Source: Myxococcota bacterium | GTDB taxonomy: Bacteria > Myxococcota_A > UBA796 > UBA9615 > JAKLKC01 | Direction of reading: 5' to 3' | NCBI GenBank assembly: GCA_023150875.1 | Contig: JAKLKC010000004.1 | Span: 15,993-79,992, forward strand | Length of the DNA: 64,000 nucleotides | Part shown: piece after piece, positions 39,301 through 49,365 of the stretch | Position numbering within the stretch: position 1 is the first letter of the stretch | Layout: the number at the start of each line of letters is the position of its first letter | Program-made: the position numbers and the translations under genes | Notes under the pieces: model-generated | Told to the model about the DNA's origin: nothing | The model's database searches: none | The model's input: only the letters and a program-made list of their open reading frames with translations

Positions 39301-41247
39301 ATGTCCGCCGTCGAGGCACTCGAAGCCATCCGCGCCATCCTCGATGGTGCCCGGGCCGCCGATCTCGAGTCGGGCACGCTGGAGTTCAAGCAGCAGGGGC
39401 GGAGCTTCGACGACACGGTCAAGGAGGTCGTCCAGGCCACGCTCTGCTTCGCGAACGCGAACGGGGGCACCGTCGTGGTCGGGGTCGCGGACAAGCTCTC
39501 GGGACCGGCGGCGTTCCTGGGGACCTCGCTCGACCCGGCAGACTTGCAGCGGCGGATCTACGACCTCTCCCGTCCGCCCCTCCTGGCGGACGTGCGCCGG
39601 GAGACCGTCGGCGCGGTCGCCCTTCTGCTGGTCGTCGTCCCCCGGAGCCCGGAGATCCACTCCGACTCGCAGGGGCGCGCCCCGCGCCGCGTGGGACGCG
39701 ACTGCATCCCCCTGGACCCCCTCGACCAGGCCCGCCTGCGGGAGGAGCGCCGGGGTGTGGACTGGTCGGCCCAGCCGTCCTCACGCCCCGCCGCGGACGT
39801 TGCCCCCGCCGCGATCACAGCGGCGCGGCACCGGCTGGAGCGGCTCCGGGACGAACGCCAGCGGCTCGCCCGCCTCTCGGCTCCGGACCTACTTCGGGCC
39901 CTGCGGGTGGTCACCCCCGAGGGAATGCTCCTCCGCGCGGGGGAGGTGCTGTTCTGCCCCCAGGACGAGGGAGACGCGTCCGCCGTGGTCTACCAGTTCC
40001 GGCTCACGCCCGCGGGTGAGCCTCGCGCCGTCGAGCGTCCCCGCCATCCCCTCGTCCTTGCCTTCGACCGCGTGCTCGAACTCGTGCAGGCACGGAGGAA
40101 CGCGACGCCGGTCAACCTGCCCGATGGGCAGCAGATCCACGTCGAGGACTTCCCGGGGCTCGCCGTCCGGGAAGCGCTCGTCAACGCACTGGTCCATCGC
40201 GATTACCACCTGGGCGGTCCGGTGCACGTCGAGCACTCGCCCGAGGTCTTCGTCGTCGCGTCTCCCGGCCCCCTCGTCGGGGGCGTCACGCCGGACAACA
40301 TCCTCACGCACCCGTCGACCCCGCGGAACCCGCTCCTCGCCAGCGCCGCCCGGGTCCTCGGGCTGGCCGAAGAGGTCGGGCGTGGGGTGGACCGGATGTA
40401 CCGGGAGATGATCCAGTCGGGGCGGGACCTCCCCCGCATCGAGTCCAGCGCGGCCCAGGTCCGTGTCACTTTCGTTGGGGGCGCCCCCAACGCGCAGATC
40501 GCTCGGTTTGCCGCCCAGCTTCCGGCGCAGGAGCGGGAGGACACGGACACCATGCTCGTCCTCTTCAAGCTCTGCTCGGTCCGCCTCCTCGACGCCCAGC
40601 GCCTGGCCCCCTTCATCCAGAAGACGGTCGACGAGGCGGAGTCCGTCCTGCGCCGCCTGTCTGGCGACGCCGTGGGGATGCTCGAGCCGACGCGGCAGAC
40701 GGCGCGGCGGGCCCACCCGGCCTACCGCCTTCGCGCCCAAGTGCTCCGGGCGCTCGGCTCGGCGGTTCCCTACCAACGCCGCACCGTGGACGAGATCGAC
40801 CGCAAGGTGATCGCCCACGTCGTCGAGTATGGGCGGATCACCAACAAGACGGTGCAGAACCTGCTGGATGTGAGCCTCCAGCGGGCCCGGGACCTCCTGT
40901 CCGACTGGGTCCGGCGGGGCATCCTGGTGAAGACATCGGCCCACGAGCGCGGCCCGGGCGTGGAGTATGGGCCGGGGCCAGGCTTCCCGGGTTCCGGGGG
41001 AAGGAAGCGACGCACGGACTCCCGTGGGGATCATGGATCGACCCTGCCCCTGCCCTTCCCGCCTGGCGGCGCGGAGAGTGAGGCGTCGACGAGGGCGTCG
41101 CCGTCACGGACCCGATCTCCCCGCGGGAGGCTGCGGAGCACTCCCGGCTCGGTCGCGGCACCCGACGGAGCGGCCGAGGTGTCCGACCGCGGTGATGCCG
41201 CCGCCGAGCCCGATGAAGCGGATCCAGTTCGAGAATCGTCCTGCTAG
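39301..41247 (+). CDS. Schlafen/AlbA_2 domain + HATPase_c_4 (RecG C-terminal-like) + winged-helix protein
   Basis: ESGTLEFKQ, CFANANGGTVVVGVAD (AlbA_2); REALVNALVHRDY, SPG, PRNPLLA, EEVGRGVDRM (HATPase_c_4); ITNKTVQNLLDVS..ARDLL (wHTH). Confidence 0.9.
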   Translation: MSAVEALEAIRAILDGARAADLESGTLEFKQQGRSFDDTVKEVVQATLCFANANGGTVVVGVADKLSGPAAFLGTSLDPADLQRRIYDLSRPPLLADVRRETVGAVALLLVVVPRSPEIHSDSQGRAPRRVGRDCIPLDPLDQARLREERRGVDWSAQPSSRPAADVAPAAITAARHRLERLRDERQRLARLSAPDLLRALRVVTPEGMLLRAGEVLFCPQDEGDASAVVYQFRLTPAGEPRAVERPRHPLVLAFDRVLELVQARRNATPVNLPDGQQIHVEDFPGLAVREALVNALVHRDYHLGGPVHVEHSPEVFVVASPGPLVGGVTPDNILTHPSTPRNPLLASAARVLGLAEEVGRGVDRMYREMIQSGRDLPRIESSAAQVRVTFVGGAPNAQIARFAAQLPAQEREDTDTMLVLFKLCSVRLLDAQRLAPFIQKTVDEAESVLRRLSGDAVGMLEPTRQTARRAHPAYRLRAQVLRALGSAVPYQRRTVDEIDRKVIAHVVEYGRITNKTVQNLLDVSLQRARDLLSDWVRRGILVKTSAHERGPGVEYGPGPGFPGSGGRKRRTDSRGDHGSTLPLPFPPGGAESEASTRASPSRTRSPRGRLRSTPGSVAAPDGAAEVSDRGDAAAEPDEADPVRESSC

Positions 41248-41298
41248 GCTCACCACTCGATCCGAAGGCCCGCCCTCCAGGCGGGCCTTCGGCGTTCT
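41247..41298 (+). repeat. Direct repeat copy 2 (attR-like): decayed tRNA 3' end plus hairpin
   Basis: GGCTCACCACTCGATCCGAAGGCCCGC..GCGGGCCTTCGGCGTTCT, preceded by the T-arm-like remnant GTTCGA..TCCTGCTA. Confidence 0.88.
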
Positions 41299-41409
41299 CG
41301 GCCTCCGGTGGTGACGCCGGAAGGGCCCCGAAGGACCAGGCGCGATCCCGGGTGGAGGTCCCTCAACCCCCGGAATGAGTGTCCGGACCCCCCCCATGCG
41401 GCCTTGCGT

Positions 41410-41730
41410 CGCGGCTTTGACCCTTCCGGCGCCCCTGGAAACCGGCGGCGGCCTTCCAAGACGGTGACGGCCGCGACCTGCTCCTCCGCCTGCGGGTATG
41501 CGATCCGGTTGCAGCGGCGGATCTACGACCTCTCCTGGCCGCCCCTGCTGGCGGTCGTGGGCCGAAAGACCGTCGGCAGGGTCGCCATCCTGCGGGTCGC
41601 CCTCTCCCGGAGCCCGGAGATCCCCTCCGACTCGCACGGGCGCGCCCGCCCGCTCTGGGAGTTGGTGCCGGTGCTTGATGGCGGATCTCGTCCGCCTGCT
41701 GATGTCATCGAGGCGCGGGCCCGCCGGTGA
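41410..41730 (+). pseudogene. Decayed copy of the 5' part of the AlbA_2 gene
   Basis: 41509-41647 aligns by eye with 39544-39682 (LQRRIYDLS.PPLLA.V...TVG.VA.L.V...RSPEI.SDS.GRA), with deletions on both sides. Confidence 0.85.
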
Positions 41731-41816
41731 ACCCTCGCCGCGGGCGCGCGGGCCGCGCGGCTCCGTCGGGATCGGTGTCCGGGCGGCGGGGCCCGCCCCC
41801 CACCCGCCCATCGGGC

Positions 41817-42764
41817 TCAGGACCCGAGGTTCGCCAGCAGGTACTCCCCGACGTTCTCGATGAGGTCGGCGCTCTCCAGGGCGTAGCCCGGCACGCCCAG
41901 GGCGTTGGCCTCGTCGATGAAGGTGTTCAGGTCGGCGAAGAAGACCAGGGCCCCCGCGCCCGACGCCCAGACGCCGGGGTCGAGGACCGCTCCGGCGTAG
42001 CCCGGCGCCCCCTGCATCGCCGCCAGGAACGTCGCCGGGCCCAGGAACTCGAAGGGTCCCGGGTCGTACTGCGTGAACGTGGTCAGGCGGTTGGGATCCG
42101 ACGTCAGGACGTGGGCGTCCGGGGCGCTGACGAAGGCGTACTGCTCGCCCGAGAGGGAGAAGTCCGTGGTGATCCCGAAGGAGACCAGCAGGTCGTCGTT
42201 CAGGTCGTCGAGGTCGGCGGTGGCGTTGGAGTCGGTGAGCAGCACCACCGGCTTGCCCGAACGCACGAACTCCTCGAGCTGGTGCAGCTCGCTGTCCTCC
42301 AAGGGCTGGGGGGCGACGTCCCCCGCGGTGTGGAGCGAGATCACGAGGCCGTCCACGGTGCCGACGAACGCCTCGCTGAGCACGGAGTTGCCCCTCACCC
42401 CCACCGGCTGGGAGAGACCGGTGAGCAGGACCTCCCGGAGGGTGCCGAACAGGGACCCGTCGGCGATGGCCGCCTCCCCCGAGCGGGTAGAGTCGAAGGC
42501 CCCGAGCCAGATCTCCGGCGCGGGGGGCGACGTGTCGTCGTCGGACGTGTCGTCGTCGGACGTGTCATCGTCGGAAGTGTCGTCGTCGGACGTGTCGTCG
42601 TCCGCGGGGGTGGTGTCGTCGTCCGCAGGAGTGGTGTCGTCGTCCGTGGGGGTGGTGTCGTCGTCCCCCGTGTCGTCATCGTCCGCCTCCCCCTGGCAGC
42701 CCCAGGCGGCGAGGGCGAGGACGACGGCGGGGAGCAGGATCGCGGGGCGGGGCAGCGGGGGCAT
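41817..42764 (-). CDS. Lipoprotein with a long DDDT repeat tether and an alpha/beta C-terminal domain
   Basis: Signal peptide ending AAWGC; DDDTTP x3, DDDTS x5; GGAGG upstream of the start. Confidence 0.85.
   Translation of the reverse strand: MPPLPRPAILLPAVVLALAAWGCQGEADDDDTGDDDTTPTDDDTTPADDDTTPADDDTSDDDTSDDDTSDDDTSDDDTSPPAPEIWLGAFDSTRSGEAAIADGSLFGTLREVLLTGLSQPVGVRGNSVLSEAFVGTVDGLVISLHTAGDVAPQPLEDSELHQLEEFVRSGKPVVLLTDSNATADLDDLNDDLLVSFGITTDFSLSGEQYAFVSAPDAHVLTSDPNRLTTFTQYDPGPFEFLGPATFLAAMQGAPGYAGAVLDPGVWASGAGALVFFADLNTFIDEANALGVPGYALESADLIENVGEYLLANLGS
42530..42683 (-). repeat. Coding tandem repeats (21-nt DDDTTPx and 15-nt DDDTS units)
   Basis: Repeated GTGTCGTCGTC units on the plus strand. 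Confidence 0.9.
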
Positions 42765-42833
42765 CGGCGGGCCTCCTGGACGGCGTGCCCCGGAGGGTAG
42801 CAAGCCCGGCGGGCGTTGTCAGCGACCGGAGCC

Positions 42834-44666
42834 TCAGGGGAAGAGCGGATCCCACCAGGAGATCAGCGCGTCGGTCCGCCTCTGGAGCAGGTGCGGGAGA
42901 TCGGGCAGGCCCTCGTCGGCGTCGTTGGCGAGGCTGTCGAAGCTGGCCACCACCGCGCCGTAGGCGTTGTGGAGCCAGAAACGCGCCTCGGAGTCGGGGT
43001 CGTCCCCCAGGGTGGGCAGGCCCGTGGGCACCACCACCTCGCCCACGCCCCCCGCCACCCACAGGTCCCACCACCGCTCCGAACCGGTCAGCGTCAGCAC
43101 TTGCGCCGTCGCCGCGGGGTCCGCCGCCCAGCCCAGCACGCCCCGGGCGCTCTCCTCCGGGGTGGGGGCGTGGAGTTCGGGGAGCCCCAGGAAGGCCGGC
43201 AGGACCAGGGAGTCGTCCGAGACCGCCGTGGACAGGACGATGGAGGCCCGCCCGCCGCCCCCCAGGCCGTGCTCGAAGATCGAGGCCAGGTAGCGGCTGG
43301 TGGGGGCCGCGAAGGGGCCGTCGACCGAGGGATCCGCCTCGTGGATCGCCACGTCCTCCCACCCATCGGCCGCCCGGGGAAGGGGCCGCTCGAAGGTGGC
43401 GTCGTCGTCGTCGTCGCCGGTGGTGTCGTCGTCGCCGGGATCGGGGTACACGTTCAGTCCCACGCCGAGCCCCGACACCAGCCAGCCGACCTCGCCCCCG
43501 TCCCGCAGCGACAGGAGGGTGGCGGGATCGGGGAAGTCCCCGGGCGGAGGAGGCCCCACCAGCGCGTGGACCTCCCGGGACAAGGGGATCCCCGCGCTCA
43601 CCTCCACCCCGTCCCGATAGGTGCCGGGCTCCAGGGGGAGGGGATCGCTGGCCCCGAAGCGCAGCTCCGCCGTGTGCTGCCCCAGCACCTGGAAGACCGC
43701 GCCGAGGCCGATCTCCTCGATCTGGGCGGCGAGCTGGAGCAGCACGCCCACGTCGAAGATCCCCCCGAGGGTGACGACCCGCCTCTGCCCCTCTACCGCG
43801 GGCAGCTCGTAGTGCTCGTCCACCCCCGTCACCACCATGTTCTGGGGCAGGGACGCGGTGAGGCCGAAGGCCTCCACCTCCTCCAGCTCTCCGATGAAGT
43901 CCCCGAGGTTCCCCAGGATCGGGCTGCCGTCGATGGTGGCGACGGACAGGGCCAGGGCCATCTCGCCGGGTCCGGGTTCGGCCTCGAAGCGCACGCCGCC
44001 CCCCACGGTGCAAGAAGGCGGAGGCTGGCCGTCCTCCCGCAGGGCGATCCGGACCTCCCGGGCGGCGACGTCGCACAGGCTGGTGCGGCGGTAGCCGTCG
44101 AAGTCGGCGGTGATCGTCACCCGGCCCGAGAACTGGCCCTGCACCGTCACCTCGCCACCGCCGTCGGTGAACCAGGGGCCCGAGGGGGCGCCGTCCCCCA
44201 CCCAGACCGAGGCGGCGGGGAGGGGCAGATCGGTGGCGGCGTCCACCACCCGCACCCTCAGCTCCCCCGGCGGGACCACCCGCACCACCGCGGGCTCGCC
44301 GCGGACCTCCTCCCAGGTGGGCGTGACGGTGGCGGTGCCGACGGCGAGGGGGATCAGCCGACCCTCGGGATCCACCCACGCCACCGCGTCGTCGTCCACC
44401 TCGTAGGTCACCTCGTCCAGGGGCAGGTCGTAGCGGCCCCCGTCGTCGGCGATGGCGTGGGGCTTGAGGGGGAGCACGGTGGCGAGGTCCACGGCGACGT
44501 CGGAGGGCCGAAGGCCCATCACCAGCACCTCGCCGGGATCGAGGTCGTCGGTGGGATCGGGGGGATCGCCCACGGGAGGGTCCTCGGCACCGCATCCCGG
44601 GGAGAGGGCCAGCGCCCCGGCGATCGCCCACGGGGCCAGCGTGCGCGCCGGGGCCGGGGGCGGCAT
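42834..44666 (-). CDS. Lipoprotein with Ig-like and carboxypeptidase-regulatory-like domains
   Basis: Signal peptide ending LSPGC; AVGTATVT, VRVVDAATDLPL..ASV..TDGGG; internal GDDDTTGDDDDD. Confidence 0.75.
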   Translation of the reverse strand: MPPPAPARTLAPWAIAGALALSPGCGAEDPPVGDPPDPTDDLDPGEVLVMGLRPSDVAVDLATVLPLKPHAIADDGGRYDLPLDEVTYEVDDDAVAWVDPEGRLIPLAVGTATVTPTWEEVRGEPAVVRVVPPGELRVRVVDAATDLPLPAASVWVGDGAPSGPWFTDGGGEVTVQGQFSGRVTITADFDGYRRTSLCDVAAREVRIALREDGQPPPSCTVGGGVRFEAEPGPGEMALALSVATIDGSPILGNLGDFIGELEEVEAFGLTASLPQNMVVTGVDEHYELPAVEGQRRVVTLGGIFDVGVLLQLAAQIEEIGLGAVFQVLGQHTAELRFGASDPLPLEPGTYRDGVEVSAGIPLSREVHALVGPPPPGDFPDPATLLSLRDGGEVGWLVSGLGVGLNVYPDPGDDDTTGDDDDDATFERPLPRAADGWEDVAIHEADPSVDGPFAAPTSRYLASIFEHGLGGGGRASIVLSTAVSDDSLVLPAFLGLPELHAPTPEESARGVLGWAADPAATAQVLTLTGSERWWDLWVAGGVGEVVVPTGLPTLGDDPDSEARFWLHNAYGAVVASFDSLANDADEGLPDLPHLLQRRTDALISWWDPLFP

Positions 44667-44671
44667 CGCCG

Positions 44672-45259
44672 TCAGCCGCCGCAGGCGGGCTCGATCCCGT
44701 AGGGCTCGAAGAAGTCGGCCAGCGCGCTGTAGAAGTCGGCGAGTTCCGCCGGCGCGGCCCCGGGGGCGTGATCGACCCGGTGGGAGGTCACGTCGTAGCG
44801 ATGTGTCAGGGCGCACACATCTCCCGCCACCGACTCGCTCTGCATCCCGAAGAAGCCGGCCTCGTCCAGCCAGCCGTGGATCCGGTACATCTGCTCGTGG
44901 CTCAGGGTGGCCCGGTACCGGTCATCCTGGTGGACGCCCGGGATCCCCGACCACTCCGTGACCACGCCCTCGGCGTTCACGGCGAGCCCGGCGTAGGTGG
45001 TGCCGGAGCCGAGGCCGATCTCCAGGAAGAAGCCCTCGACGGGGTAGTGCTGGACGTTGTCGGTGTAGGTGATGTCGTCGTCGTCATCGCCGTCGGGCAC
45101 CGTGTCGTCGTCCGCCGGCGGGGTGGGATCCGAGGGATCGCCCCCATAGCACTGGCAGCCGGGAACCGTGGCGGCCCCCGCCAGGATCAAGGCCGCGACC
45201 AGGCGCATCGCCGCCGTCGGGGCGTGGGGATCGGGGCGACTCTCCTTGACGAGCGGCAT
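44672..45259 (-). CDS. Small hypothetical lipoprotein with acidic tether
   Basis: MRLVAALILAGAATVPGC; ADDDTVPDGDDDDD; the start may be the later Met. Confidence 0.75.
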   Translation of the reverse strand: MPLVKESRPDPHAPTAAMRLVAALILAGAATVPGCQCYGGDPSDPTPPADDDTVPDGDDDDDITYTDNVQHYPVEGFFLEIGLGSGTTYAGLAVNAEGVVTEWSGIPGVHQDDRYRATLSHEQMYRIHGWLDEAGFFGMQSESVAGDVCALTHRYDVTSHRVDHAPGAAPAELADFYSALADFFEPYGIEPACGG

Positions 45260-45261
45260 GG

Positions 45262-46767
45262 TCAGGGGACCTCGATGACGAAGGTCTCGTCGAAGAAGTC
45301 GTTGGGCCAGGGCCCGAAGTAGGAGGGATCGTAGCAGGGTCCGTCGTAGTCCGCCCACTCCGGCTCGCCCTCCTCGCCGCAGTCCGGTGCCTCGGTGGGG
45401 CTGGTCCGGTAGGAGGTCACCCAGATCCGCGTGGGGTTGAGGGCCTGGGCGCCGCTCTCGGCGTTGGCGCCCACCAGCGTGAGGTACACGGCGTCGAGGC
45501 GCTTCTTGGCCGCCAGCACGTCGGCGGCGACGATGCGGATCTGGTCGCCGGGGCTCGCCTCGAAGCGGATGGGCGCGAGGTTGTCCAGGTCACCGGAGTC
45601 GTCGTGGAAGATCAGGGACGTCCCCTCGGCGGTGGTGAGCCAGACGTCGAGGTCGTCGTCGACTCCGAAGTAGGTGTACTCGCTGCCGGCCTCCCCGGAG
45701 ATCACGTACTCGAAGGTGTCTCCCTCCTGCCAGACGATGAGGCGCACGGAGGTCGTCCCCACCTTCCCGGCGCTGTCCATGGCGTTGAGGCTGAGGGTGT
45801 GGGTGCCGGCGCTGAGGGTGTCGGTGATGACCTCGACGGCTCCCGTGGCGTCGGCGCTGGCGGTGATCGCCGGGTCGAGGTCGCTGTCCCACCACACCAG
45901 GAGGTCCTGGGCGGGCTCGTCGGGATCGCTGACCAGCCCCTGGAGGGTGAGGGACTCCCCCACGTGGACCACCGAGCCGGACTCCGGGGAGAGGATCTGG
46001 ACCTCGGGGGGCAGCCCGGAACCGACGTCATCCCCCTCGGCGGTGAGCTCCACCCGCACGTTGGGGGTCTGGAGGTCGTTGGAGCTGACCCAGATCTCGC
46101 CGCTGTACGGGCCACCGCCGGGCTCGCCGTCGTAGGTAACGCTCACCTCGACGGACTGGCCGGTGGTGAGCTCGAAGGGGGGCTGGTGGCCCGGGGCGGG
46201 GGCGACGGCGAAGACCCCCTCGGTGTCGAACAGGATGACGTCCTGGACGATCACCGTGCCGCTGCCCTCGCTGCTCAGGGTGAAGGTGGCGGAGTCCGCG
46301 CCGCCGGACTCGAAGTGGAGGGAGGTGGGGGTGACCTTCAGGTCGGGCACGGCCCCGGTCCCGGCGAGGGACACGTCCAGGACCGAGCCCTCGACGGAGT
46401 TGCTGCGGATCCGGAGCCCCCCCGTGAAGGGGACCTCCTCGTCGGGGATGAAGGTGACCTGGAAGGTGCCGGGGGAGTCGGATCGGATGGCGTCCGGCGG
46501 GGTGGTGTACTCGAAGGCGGTGGGATCGGTGTCGGGGGTGAGCTCCACCGACTCGACTTCGAGGGTGCCGGTGCCGGCGTTCGACACCGTCACCGTCACA
46601 GTCTCGGGGGTGCCGAGGTTGACGCCCCCGAAGTCGATGGAGGTGACGTCGAGCTGGATGCGGGGCTCGGCGTTCGCGAGCGACTGGTCGCTCCCGCATC
46701 CGGCCAGCGCCGCCAGCGCGGCGAGCGCCAGGGCGACCGGGGCGGTCGCGAGCGGTGTGGTCCTCAT
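45262..46767 (-). CDS. Lipoprotein with tandem ASH/choice-of-anchor D-like and Ig-like domains
   Basis: Lipobox LAGC; IDFGGV..VTVSNAGTGTLEV..VTFIP..LRIRSN..VSLAGTG, repeated; [21 protein letters not shown]. Confidence 0.85.
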   Translation of the reverse strand: MRTTPLATAPVALALAALAALAGCGSDQSLANAEPRIQLDVTSIDFGGVNLGTPETVTVTVSNAGTGTLEVESVELTPDTDPTAFEYTTPPDAIRSDSPGTFQVTFIPDEEVPFTGGLRIRSNSVEGSVLDVSLAGTGAVPDLKVTPTSLHFESGGADSATFTLSSEGSGTVIVQDVILFDTEGVFAVAPAPGHQPPFELTTGQSVEVSVTYDGEPGGGPYSGEIWVSSNDLQTPNVRVELTAEGDDVGSGLPPEVQILSPESGSVVHVGESLTLQGLVSDPDEPAQDLLVWWDSDLDPAITASADATGAVEVITDTLSAGTHTLSLNAMDSAGKVGTTSVRLIVWQEGDTFEYVISGEAGSEYTYFGVDDDLDVWLTTAEGTSLIFHDDSGDLDNLAPIRFEASPGDQIRIVAADVLAAKKRLDAVYLTLVGANAESGAQALNPTRIWVTSYRTSPTEAPDCGEEGEPEWADYDGPCYDPSYFGPWPNDFFDETFVIEVP

Positions 46768-46959
46768 GCGTCTCCTCGGCCGGCGGGATCCGGCGGGCAG
46801 GGTTCCATGATAGTCGAGGCGCCGCGGGGCCGCGAGGCCGACCCCGGGAGGGAGGAGCCCGACCGGCCATGCCCTTCCAGCGACGTGCCGGGCCACCGGG
46901 CACGGGTCTGCCCGACGAGGCGAGGTTCCGGTGGCGCTCCGCCGGGGCGGGAGGCGGGG

Positions 46960-48330
46960 TCAGCGGGGATCCCGGCCCGCCTTCTCCGCCCACTCGGCCC
47001 GATGGACCCGTGCGGCGGCGGCGGGCGGCCCTTCCCCCACGATCGCCAGGTAGCGGTCGACCTCCGCGACGGCGGCGGCGTGGTCTCCTCCGTCCGCCAG
47101 GAGACGGGCCAGCTCGAAGCGGGGCTCCGGCACCTGGGGACCGAGGGCCACCGCCCGGCGGTAGGCGGCGAGGGCCTCGGGGCCGCGACCGAGGCGCCTG
47201 AGGCAGACCGCCAGGGCGTGGGCGGGCTCGAAGGCCTTGGGCGCGGCGGCGGCGGCGGCGCGGAGCTGGACCTCGGCCTCGACCAGCTCGCCGGAGTCCA
47301 GGAGGGCCACGCCGAGGTTGGCGCGGTGGCGCCAGCCCCCGGGATCCAGCGCCAGCGCCCGGCGCAACGACGCGACGGCCTCGTCGAGCCGCCCCTGGCG
47401 GCGGTAGACCACGCCCAGGGCGCCGTGGGCCTCGGCGAGGTCCTGGTCCAGGACCAGGGCCCGCAGCAGGGCGGATGCGGCCCCCCCGAGGTCCCCCCTG
47501 CGGATCCGCACCAGTCCCAAGGAGAGCCACGCCGGGGCGTAGCCGGGGCTGCCCTCGGCGGCGAGGACCAGCATTCCCTCGGCGTCGCCGTAGCGCCCCA
47601 GGTCCCGGTAGATCAGGCCGAGGGAGAAGCGGGCGGCGGGGAAGCCCGGGTCCTCCGCCACCAGCGCCTCCAGCCGCACCATGGCCCCCACCCGATCCCC
47701 CCGCGCCCGGAGGTCGAGGGCGCGGGCGTAGCGGACCTCCCTCGCGGCCCTCGCGGGATCGGGGGCCGCGGCCGGCTCCCCGCCCGGGGCGCGGGTGGCG
47801 GCGGGGGGGGCCGGCGGCGGGGGGGCCGGCGTGGGGGGGGGCTCGGCGACCGCAGGCGGCCCCGCGCCGCCCTCGGCCACTCCCTCGGCGGTCTCGTCCA
47901 TCACCACCACCGGACCGTCGAGGGAGATCGCCAGGGGCGGGAAGCCCCTCGCCCGGGCGCGCTCCTCCAACGCCCGTTCCGGCTGGCCGCCGGCCTCGAG
48001 GGCTTGCACCAGCGCCTCCCGAGCCCCGCGGTCATCGGGGATGGCGGCCAGGTAGGCGGACAACGCCCGGGAGGCCCCGCTCCAGTCTCCGATCCGGGCG
48101 GAGATCCGGGCGAGCGCCCGCAGGGCGGCGGGGTGTTCGGGGGCGTCCGCCAGGATCCCGCGGAGCGCGTTGCGGGCTCCCTCCAGATCCCCACTCCGCT
48201 CCGCGGAGACGGCCTCCCCGAGGAGCGCGTCGACCTCGGCGCCGGACGCGGAGCGGGCGGGCGCCGCCGCGGCAAGGGCGAGCAGGAAGAGGAGGAACGA
48301 AGGCCACGAGGCCTTGATGAGCGAGCCCAT
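46960..48330 (-). CDS. Exported TPR-repeat protein
   Basis: Signal peptide; many TPR units (ARFSLGLIY, AHGALGVVY, RANLGVAL); Pro-rich linker. Confidence 0.85.
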   Translation of the reverse strand: MGSLIKASWPSFLLFLLALAAAAPARSASGAEVDALLGEAVSAERSGDLEGARNALRGILADAPEHPAALRALARISARIGDWSGASRALSAYLAAIPDDRGAREALVQALEAGGQPERALEERARARGFPPLAISLDGPVVVMDETAEGVAEGGAGPPAVAEPPPTPAPPPPAPPAATRAPGGEPAAAPDPARAAREVRYARALDLRARGDRVGAMVRLEALVAEDPGFPAARFSLGLIYRDLGRYGDAEGMLVLAAEGSPGYAPAWLSLGLVRIRRGDLGGAASALLRALVLDQDLAEAHGALGVVYRRQGRLDEAVASLRRALALDPGGWRHRANLGVALLDSGELVEAEVQLRAAAAAAPKAFEPAHALAVCLRRLGRGPEALAAYRRAVALGPQVPEPRFELARLLADGGDHAAAVAEVDRYLAIVGEGPPAAAARVHRAEWAEKAGRDPR

Positions 48331-48449
48331 CCACCCGTCCGGATCGCCGGAGCGACCTCACCTGAACGAGGAGAGGATAGCGCCGTCCGTGGTCTGGATG
48401 CGAGGGGGGGACGTCGCTGGCCGGCCGCCGGGGCGGCCCCGGATGAGGC

Positions 48450-49127
48450 TCAGCCGCAGCTCTCCTTGACCAGGCGCTCGCCCTGGGCCGGGATCTTGAG
48501 CTGTTGCAGCTTCTCGGCGGAGACGACGGCGGACAGGCCGGGGATGGGGGTGCCGACGGGCAGGCCCTTGGCCGCGCCCGGGTGATCGGGGTCGATGCCC
48601 GCCTGCTCGGGGGTCATCGGCTTGACCGGCGCGGCACCGGCGGCCTTGGCCCCCTTTTCGGCGGCGGGCTTGACCTGGGGCAGGGGAGGGATGGCCTTGG
48701 GGTCGGCGACGAGGAAGTCCACCTTCAGGCCCGCGGCGAGGTCGGTGGCCTTGAAGCGCATGGAGCGGATGGACTTCGGGCAGCGATAGAGGGCGCGGGG
48801 ATAGCCCTTGGCCAGCTCCTGCTCGCCGGCGGAGATCCGCACCTCGACGGGCCCGTTGGGGATCTTGTCCGCGTCGCTCTGGGGCGGCAGCACCACCTGG
48901 AGGGCGTCCCCGCCTTCGGTCTGGGGCAGGCGCACCAGCTTGACCCCCTCGAACAGCTCGATGAAGGGCTCGCTGCCCCCCGACGCGGGCGGGACCTCCG
49001 CGACCGGCGCCGGCGCCGGGGACGGGGCCTCTCCGGCGGTCGCCGGCTCCTCCTTCTTGCCGCCGCAGGCCGCCAGGGCGGCCACCAGCCCCAGCATCCC
49101 CAGGGCGCGCATCGTGGGAAACTCCAT
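48450..49127 (-). CDS. Hypothetical lipoprotein
   Basis: MRALGMLGLVAALAAC lipobox followed by GGKKEE. Confidence 0.75.
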   Translation of the reverse strand: MEFPTMRALGMLGLVAALAACGGKKEEPATAGEAPSPAPAPVAEVPPASGGSEPFIELFEGVKLVRLPQTEGGDALQVVLPPQSDADKIPNGPVEVRISAGEQELAKGYPRALYRCPKSIRSMRFKATDLAAGLKVDFLVADPKAIPPLPQVKPAAEKGAKAAGAAPVKPMTPEQAGIDPDHPGAAKGLPVGTPIPGLSAVVSAEKLQQLKIPAQGERLVKESCG

Positions 49128-49365
49128 GATCGACCTCTCCCGCAGCCTTCAGGCCGGCCGCCCCGGCCCCGTCGCCGCGACGTGCGAGGCCGCCATGGTA
49201 GTGGGTATCGCCCCGGATCTCCAGCCCCCACCGCCTTTCACAGGCCGAGCCCGCGCGCTACGATGTCGTCGTCGGGACCGCGGCCGGCCCCCCGCCGGGG
49301 GGACGACGGCCGGGGGTCCCGGCGCGGCGGAACGGCTTCGGCCGAGTCCGGGGGGGTACCCGAGC

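Larger units (their letters stand above)
38945..41298. mobile_element. Integrase-less islet at tRNA-Lys bounded by direct repeats and carrying one gene
   Basis: Duplicated tRNA 3' end and hairpin; single cargo ORF with visibly less extreme GC3. Confidence 0.65.

Noticed and set aside
40990..41247. C-terminal tail of the AlbA_2 protein as an extra domain
   Set aside because: Low-complexity sequence ending at a stop inside the repeat junction; more likely read-through past a lost stop.
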